Notes under the pieces: model-generated
What the model was told of the DNA's origin: nothing
Databases searched by the model: none
Seen by the model: only the letters and a program-made list of their open reading frames with translations
Shown: one piece after another, positions 58,117 through 64,000 of the stretch
Layout of the letters: each line of letters begins with the position of its first letter
Position numbering within the stretch: the first letter of the stretch is position 1
Position numbers and translations under genes: made by a program
DNA from: Candidatus Multivorans sp.
GTDB taxonomy: Bacteria; Acidobacteriota; Thermoanaerobaculia; Multivoradales; Multivoraceae
NCBI GenBank assembly: GCA_965262355.1
Contig: OZ253534.1
Span: 3,023,670 to 3,087,669 of the forward strand
Length of the DNA: 64,000 nt
Reading direction: 5' to 3'

Positions 58117-59697
58117 ATGTCGCTGAGGGAGTCCTACTGGCCGGCCGATACCAGCCAGCCGGTTCTCGAGTGGACGGTGGGCAGGCTCTTGCACGAGGCC
58201 GCAGCGGCGGCCCCCGAAGGGATTTCCCTGGTCGAGGGCGTTCCCGACCCCGCGTCGCGCCGTTGCTGGACCTTCGCGCAGTTGCTTGCCGACGCCGAGC
58301 ACGTCGCGCGGCGTCTGCTGCGGTACTTCGAGCCCGGGGAACGGCTCGCGGTCTGGGCTCCGAATCTGCCCGAATGGGTGTTGGTCGAACTCGGCGCCGC
58401 CCTCGCCGGGCTCACCCTCGTGACCGTCAACCCCGCCTACCGCGGCAGCGAACTCGAGTACGTCCTCGGCCAGTCGCGCGCCGCCGGTCTGTTCCTGGTG
58501 CGCGACCATCGCGGCAACTCGATGGCCGCTTCGCTGGACGAGGTGCGCCCGCGGTTGGAACACCTGAGAAACGTCTTCTTCTTCGAGGAGTGGGACGACT
58601 TCATGGGCGGCTCGCCGGGCGACCGCGAGCTACCTCAGGTGAGCCCCGAGGCGCCGGTCCAGATTCAGTACACCTCGGGCACCACCGGCGTTCCCAAGGG
58701 CGCGTTGCTGCACCACCGCGGCATGGTCAACAACGCCCGATTCGTCGCGCAGCGCGGCCGGTTGGGCAAGGTGTGGGTGAATGCGGTACCGCTGTTCCAC
58801 TCGAGCGGCGGCGGCCTGGCGATCTTCGGCCCGCTGTTTACGAAGGCGACGGTGGTTCTGGTCGAACAGTTCGACCCGGGCCTGATCCTGGAACTGATCG
58901 AGAGCGAGCGGGTGACCTTCCTTCCCGGCGTGCCGACCATGCTGATCAAAATCCTGGAGCATCCCGACTTCGAGCGCCGCGACCTCTCTTCGCTGACCAG
59001 CGTGTGCTCGGGCGGCACCTCCGTGCCACCCGAGTTGGTGCGCCGGATCGAAGACTCGCTGGGGGTCAGCTTCTCGATCTCCTACGGCCAGACGGAGGCG
59101 TCACCAGGGGTCACGCAGAACTATCCGGACGACAGCATCGAGGACAAGGCGGTGACGGCAGGGCCGCCTCTACCCCAGACCGAGGTCAAGATGGTCGACT
59201 CCGAGACCGGCGAGGTTCTCCCCGTCGGCGAAGCCGGTGAAATCTGCACGCGCGGTTACCTCGTCATGCACGGTTACTTCGAGATGCCGGAGGCGACGGC
59301 GGCCGCGATCGACGACCAGGGGTGGTTGCACACCGGCGACATCGGATCGATGGACGAGCGCGGCTACTGTAGAATTCGCGGGCGGCTGAAGGAGATGATC
59401 ATCCGCGGCGGCGAGAACATCTACCCCAAGGAGATCGAGGATGTGCTCCTCGAACGCGCCGACATCGCCGAGGCGGCGGTGATCGGCGTTCCCGATCCGA
59501 AGTGGGGCGAGCAGGTGGCGGCGGTGATTCGACTGGCCGGGGACGAGCGCCCCAGTGAGGAAGATCTCTTCGACTACGTGAGGGAACGCTTGGCGCCCTA
59601 CAAGACGCCGAAGTTGTGGCGCTTCATCGACGAGTTTCCGCTCAACGCCTCGGGCAAGATCCTCAAGACGGATCTGGCCGCGACCCTGTCCCTGTAG
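58117..59697 (+). CDS. AMP-dependent acyl-CoA synthetase/ligase
   Basis: YTSGTTGVPKGA AMP-binding motif, C-terminal GKILK. Confidence 0.85.
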   Translation: MSLRESYWPADTSQPVLEWTVGRLLHEAAAAAPEGISLVEGVPDPASRRCWTFAQLLADAEHVARRLLRYFEPGERLAVWAPNLPEWVLVELGAALAGLTLVTVNPAYRGSELEYVLGQSRAAGLFLVRDHRGNSMAASLDEVRPRLEHLRNVFFFEEWDDFMGGSPGDRELPQVSPEAPVQIQYTSGTTGVPKGALLHHRGMVNNARFVAQRGRLGKVWVNAVPLFHSSGGGLAIFGPLFTKATVVLVEQFDPGLILELIESERVTFLPGVPTMLIKILEHPDFERRDLSSLTSVCSGGTSVPPELVRRIEDSLGVSFSISYGQTEASPGVTQNYPDDSIEDKAVTAGPPLPQTEVKMVDSETGEVLPVGEAGEICTRGYLVMHGYFEMPEATAAAIDDQGWLHTGDIGSMDERGYCRIRGRLKEMIIRGGENIYPKEIEDVLLERADIAEAAVIGVPDPKWGEQVAAVIRLAGDERPSEEDLFDYVRERLAPYKTPKLWRFIDEFPLNASGKILKTDLAATLSL

Positions 59698-61276
59698 CGG
59701 CCAGCGCGGCCTCGGCCGGTCCCACGTGAGCGCGCGCCCGCCATAGGAACGCGACCGAGACCACCCAGAACAGCATGCTGAGCATCATCGCGTAGCGCAG
59801 CGAGTCGGCCGGCGATTGGCCGGCCGCGACCAGGACGTCGCTGATCTTGCCGACCGCGAACGGCCCGAGGGCGAAACCGATGAGAGTGTTGAGCAGGAGA
59901 TAGACCGCCGAGGCCGTCGAGCGCATTCTCGGCGGCACGAGTTCGTTGGCTGCGGCTGCTCCGGGACCGATCCACAGAGATACGAAGGCGACGGTCAGGA
60001 GAAAGTAGATGAAGGCCGCCGTGAGGCTGGCGGCGGTGAGCATGAGAATCATCGCCGGCACGGACAGGACGACAGTAGCCAGACCGAGAATGACCCGGCC
60101 GTTCGGTGTCCTCTGCTTCAGGCGATCGGACACCAGGCCGCCGGCAGTGACGCCGATCCAGCCGCCGACCGCGACGCCGATGCCCATCAACGCCCCCACC
60201 CGGGTCGGACTGGCGTCGAAGCTGCGGATCAAGAGCGGCGCTGTCCAGAACGCGAGGCCATTGGTGACGAAGGACAGGCTGGCGAAGCCCACACTGCTGT
60301 ACATGAAGGCGCGGTTGCCAAGAATGCAGCCGAAAGTGGTGGGGTCGCGATAGGCCAGTCCCTGACCCCAGGAGAAGGCGGCGTAGATGCCGATGGCCAG
60401 GGCGATCCACTGGGCCGGCTCGCCCACCGAGGCGACCATCGCCCATGCCACCAAGGCCAGCGCGGCGGCACAGCCGGCGTGGATCAGCAGCCCCTTCCGG
60501 TCACACCCGGATCGCCACAGACTGATGACCGTGAAGGGTGGTATGACGGCCCCGAACTCCTGGAGCGGCTGCGGACGACCCACGGTTTCGACCGCAACTC
60601 CCTCCTGCTGGCCCTTGGCGGGCTCTCGCAGGGTCCACACCCAGAGGGCCATGATCAGCCCCGGGATACCGACCGCGAGGAAGGCGGCTTGCCAGGCGGC
60701 GAGCCCCAGCGGCGCCGATCCGTCGGGGTACCTGCCGCTCCAGAAATCGACGATCCAGCCGCCGAGGGCGAAGCCGGTGGCGGCGCCGAGATAGATACCG
60801 CCGGAGTAGAGAGCCAGAGCCGTGGCTCGCAATCTCTGGGGAAAGTAGTCGACGATCAACGAGTACGCCGACGGACTGAGGCTGGCTTCTCCGACGCCGA
60901 CTCCGACGCGGTACGTGCCCAGCATCGCGAAGCTCCGGGCAGTGCCTGTCAGGGCAGTCATCAGGCTCCAGAAGAAGAGCCCGATGGCGATCAGGTTCTT
61001 GCGGATCCAGGCATCGCCCAGACGACCGAAGGGGATGCCGAAGACGGCGTAGAACACCGCGAAGGCGGTGCCGTAGAGAAAGCCGATCTGGGCGTCCGTG
61101 AGACCCAGATCGCGCTTCACGTCCTCGGCGAGAATCGAGAGGATGTTGCGATCGACGTAGTTGAAGAGATAGCAGAGGACGAGAACGGCGAGGACGTACC
61201 AGGAGTAACCGCTGAACGCCCGCCTCTCGCGAGAAGTCGAACGCTGCGGCTCGGCGCCGTTCTCGCTCTCGTGCAT
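59663..61276 (-). CDS. MFS transporter
   Basis: 12-14 TM helices; GRLGDAWIRKN MFS signature-like. Confidence 0.75.
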   Translation of the reverse strand: MHESENGAEPQRSTSRERRAFSGYSWYVLAVLVLCYLFNYVDRNILSILAEDVKRDLGLTDAQIGFLYGTAFAVFYAVFGIPFGRLGDAWIRKNLIAIGLFFWSLMTALTGTARSFAMLGTYRVGVGVGEASLSPSAYSLIVDYFPQRLRATALALYSGGIYLGAATGFALGGWIVDFWSGRYPDGSAPLGLAAWQAAFLAVGIPGLIMALWVWTLREPAKGQQEGVAVETVGRPQPLQEFGAVIPPFTVISLWRSGCDRKGLLIHAGCAAALALVAWAMVASVGEPAQWIALAIGIYAAFSWGQGLAYRDPTTFGCILGNRAFMYSSVGFASLSFVTNGLAFWTAPLLIRSFDASPTRVGALMGIGVAVGGWIGVTAGGLVSDRLKQRTPNGRVILGLATVVLSVPAMILMLTAASLTAAFIYFLLTVAFVSLWIGPGAAAANELVPPRMRSTASAVYLLLNTLIGFALGPFAVGKISDVLVAAGQSPADSLRYAMMLSMLFWVVSVAFLWRARAHVGPAEAALAATGTGSRPDPS

Positions 61277-61283
61277 GGCGGCG

Positions 61284-61772
61284 CTAACTCGCGTCTTCTG
61301 CTGTCGATGGCATGAAGAGAACCAGGGGCCGGGCGACGAAGACGAGGCGATCCTCTCCGGCCAGGCGTACACGCACTTCTCGCGCCAGCAGGGTTCCGCG
61401 GCTTTTTTGCTGAACGTCGACCAACCGGACGCTGGCCTGCAGGCGGGCGCCGGCCGGCACCGGGGCGAGGAAACGAACCCGGTCGATGCCGTAGTTCGTC
61501 GAATTGCCGAATCCCGTGACCCGGAAGTCGGCGCCGTCCGGGAGGTTGGCGAACAGGCTCAGGGTGAGCATGCCGTGGGCGATAGGCCGCCCGAAGGGAC
61601 TCTCGCGGCGCGACCGCTCGACATCGACGTGGATCCAGTTGTGGTCTCCCGAGAGTTCGGCGAACGCGTCGATCATCGCCTGCTTCACTTCCAGGGGCTC
61701 GCCCCAGGGGCCGAACTCCTCGCTGATCTCGGCGCGGAGGGCGTCGATGTCGTCGTAGCGGATCGTCCTCAT
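61284..61772 (-). CDS. MaoC-like (R)-specific enoyl-CoA hydratase (hot-dog fold)
   Basis: LSGDHNWIHVDVERS, PIAHGMLT; start overlaps paralog C stop. Confidence 0.8.
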   Translation of the reverse strand: MRTIRYDDIDALRAEISEEFGPWGEPLEVKQAMIDAFAELSGDHNWIHVDVERSRRESPFGRPIAHGMLTLSLFANLPDGADFRVTGFGNSTNYGIDRVRFLAPVPAGARLQASVRLVDVQQKSRGTLLAREVRVRLAGEDRLVFVARPLVLFMPSTAEDAS

Positions 61773-63991
61773 GGGCGGGCGCCGGCGGGGTCCGGGCCGG
61801 GTTCCCGGGCGCCGAGCCAGAACGGGCTCGACCAAGCCTGACCGCCGTCGAGCTGGGTGACGCGTACATAGTAATAGTCGCCGGGCGCTGCCGGTCCCAT
61901 GTCCAGGTACTCGAACTCGCGGTCGAGCGGGGCGTCCGGCTCGACGACTTGCAGGGTCACGCGGTCGATGTGCTCGCCGAACGGAACTTCGCTTTCGAGT
62001 CGGTTGTCCCGAAGGCCGGCGAGCCGGAGCTCGATACTGGCGCCGGGGATGTCCATCGCCGGACGTTCGTGCCCCTGGCCGATACCGTACTCGCGGCTCG
62101 GCTCGAGCTCGATCTCGAGCGTGGTCGACGCCGTGGCGCCGGCGAGTCCCAGCAGAACGGTGTCGCTGCGGCCGCGGGTGCGAATGTCGAAGCGAAGGAG
62201 GCCGGCGTCTTCGGTCTCGATCCAGTCGAGTACCCGGTTGTCGAGGCCTACCGGGACCACGTCCAGAACCCGCGCTCCGCGCACCCGCAGCGTGCCGCGC
62301 CAGACGCGGTAGGGGCGTGGGTTGTCGACCGCGTCCAGTGTGAAGACCTCGGAGGAGGACTCGAAGCCGAGTTGCAGCCAGGACCGGTCGCGGAGAGGCG
62401 CCGACAGGTAGCTGCGGCTGAAGGCGATCTCGCCGTTCTTCACCACTTCGATGCGGTCGATGGGGGAGGTGCCGGATACCCGGGCGGTTATCCGGCGCTC
62501 CTCGGCCCGCGGCTGGCGGACCCCCATCGGATGACCGTTCAGCTCGGCGTCGAGCAGGATGCGCTGACCGGAGACGGCGTACACGGAGCGCTCGCGCAGG
62601 GCGTCGAAGATGGCGTCGGCGGTCTTTTCGCCGGCGCGCACGGCGGCCAGCCCCGGAACTCCGATCAGCGAGGCCTGGAAGTGACCCTGGGGAGCTCCGG
62701 GCTTGGCGCGATGGTCGTCCGAGGCCGCCAGGAAGCCGACCTCGAAGCCGTTCTTCAGGAACATGTTGCCGAACCACTCGAAGGTGCCGTGCTCGCTGTA
62801 GATCTCGACAAGGCGCTCGAGTTCGCCGTCGCTCTGCGTCCAGTCTCCCGCGGAGTGCGCGTGCGGGATGACCAGGACGTCAGCCGGGTCGTTGGCGGCG
62901 CGAAGCCCCTCCCACAGCAGCGGCAGCCGATGCGCTTCCTGGACCGGCACCCGCTCGCGGTCGGGGCTGCGGAAGAGCACGTTGTGGTGGCCGCCGCGTT
63001 TGCGGGTCGGGGTCCATTCGTAGCCCAGGAAGGCGATCGCCCGGCCCGCCTCCGTGGTGCGGCGGCTGAACTCCTGCAACTGTTGCCACTCGTAGTCGTC
63101 GAGCCAGAAGTCATGCTCCGAGAGGGTCAGGAAGTCGAGGCGCGCGTCCTCTACACCGTAGCGGAAGTACCCCGCAGGCGATCCCTGGCCCTCGGCGAAG
63201 CCGGTGTGGCCGTGGGTTTCTCCCCACAGGATCCTGCGCTGGGGCTCGGCTTCGACCCAGACCGGGTTGCTCGTGGCCTCAAGCGTGCCGTCGGTCGAAC
63301 GGACCACGAAGCGGTAGGTCCCGGGCTCCTGGATCGTCAGCCCGCCGGCGATGGCGACGGCGCTTTCGGGCTCCGCGACCTCAGCTACGACTTCGCCGTT
63401 CAGGAGGATCTCGTAGCCGGGCAGGGGGCCGCTGGCGCGGTTCAGGCCGGCGTCCTCGCTGCGAACCGTCAGGTCGAAGGTCTCGCCCACCGCCACCACC
63501 GACGGGGCCAGCACTCTCACGCCCGCCACAGCGCCCCCGATCACCGTCAGGCTCGGCCACCTGGGAGTCAGCCAGTTGCCGTTGCCCTGAAGATCGATGT
63601 ACAGCGGTAGCAGCAGGGCGTCGGTTTCGAAGGCCTGGACTCCGATTCCGGCCGAGCCGCCGGATCGATCGCCGTACGTGACGGTGATCGTGTCGCCGGG
63701 ATCGAGGGGGGCGTCGACAAGGCGGAAGGCCGGCGTCGGTTTCGGGAAGCGCTGCGAACCGTGCGGCCCCACGAGGGGAACCATGACCGCTTCGAGCCAA
63801 GCCTCGGGCTTTGAGGTTCGGGCAGTGAGGTAGTTGGGGCCTGCCGGATCCTGGTTCTGGAAGTCGTTCGTGTCGGCCAGCCACTGGCGTCCGGCCAGCA
63901 CGCCGCCGCCGATCTGCATCGGCATGTTGCCGACTTCATAGACGACTTCGACGGTCGCCTTCGTGCCCGCGGTCAGCGGTTCGTCGGGCAC
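61769..63991 (-). CDS. Large DUF3604-like protein, paralog C (N-terminus beyond window end)
   Basis: ILWGETHGHTGFAEG...GGHHNVLF...VIPHAHSAGDW...YYYVRVTQLDGGQAWSSPFWLG. Confidence 0.6.
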   Translation of the reverse strand: MPDEPLTAGTKATVEVVYEVGNMPMQIGGGVLAGRQWLADTNDFQNQDPAGPNYLTARTSKPEAWLEAVMVPLVGPHGSQRFPKPTPAFRLVDAPLDPGDTITVTYGDRSGGSAGIGVQAFETDALLLPLYIDLQGNGNWLTPRWPSLTVIGGAVAGVRVLAPSVVAVGETFDLTVRSEDAGLNRASGPLPGYEILLNGEVVAEVAEPESAVAIAGGLTIQEPGTYRFVVRSTDGTLEATSNPVWVEAEPQRRILWGETHGHTGFAEGQGSPAGYFRYGVEDARLDFLTLSEHDFWLDDYEWQQLQEFSRRTTEAGRAIAFLGYEWTPTRKRGGHHNVLFRSPDRERVPVQEAHRLPLLWEGLRAANDPADVLVIPHAHSAGDWTQSDGELERLVEIYSEHGTFEWFGNMFLKNGFEVGFLAASDDHRAKPGAPQGHFQASLIGVPGLAAVRAGEKTADAIFDALRERSVYAVSGQRILLDAELNGHPMGVRQPRAEERRITARVSGTSPIDRIEVVKNGEIAFSRSYLSAPLRDRSWLQLGFESSSEVFTLDAVDNPRPYRVWRGTLRVRGARVLDVVPVGLDNRVLDWIETEDAGLLRFDIRTRGRSDTVLLGLAGATASTTLEIELEPSREYGIGQGHERPAMDIPGASIELRLAGLRDNRLESEVPFGEHIDRVTLQVVEPDAPLDREFEYLDMGPAAPGDYYYVRVTQLDGGQAWSSPFWLGAREPGPDPAGARP

Positions 63992-64000
63992 GACGCGGAG

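Overview
High-GC (about 67-68%) bacterial chromosomal window with densely packed genes on both strands. It mixes housekeeping genes with a lot of accessory material. Housekeeping: glyQS, an ECF sigma/anti-sigma/PDZ operon, msrA, a GST, rarA, enoyl-CoA hydratase. Accessory: an IS110-family element, an IS630-family element, three toxin-antitoxin-like modules, two sulfatases, and two PQQ alcohol dehydrogenases. The IS630-family element sits inside a ~2,000-aa secreted GH29-like/cadherin/Calx-beta/beta-propeller protein gene, and its transposase reads through in frame into the host gene. The three TA-like modules are a small partner plus AbiEii, MNT plus a decayed HEPN, and MazEF. There are also four DUF3604-like (PHP-like metal-hydrolase) genes. 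Three of these are large lipoprotein paralogs, each wired to beta-oxidation-type CoA genes: SDR, MaoC hydratase, acyl-CoA ligase, an SCPx-type thiolase, and a thiolase-fold+DUF35 fusion. The first of those operons ends in a gene that the ORF track splits at an in-frame TGA. The translation across that TGA reads FGSYT-U-PPF, the active-site motif of iodothyronine-deiodinase-family selenoproteins, and a hairpin follows the UGA. I therefore call it a selenocysteine-containing deiodinase-like protein and rank it the most interesting signal in the window. A three-hairpin element occurs twice in gene leaders with compensatory substitutions in its stems. The enoyl-CoA hydratase 3' tail plus its terminator is duplicated at the 3' end of the giant gene. 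No rRNA, tRNA or CRISPR was found.
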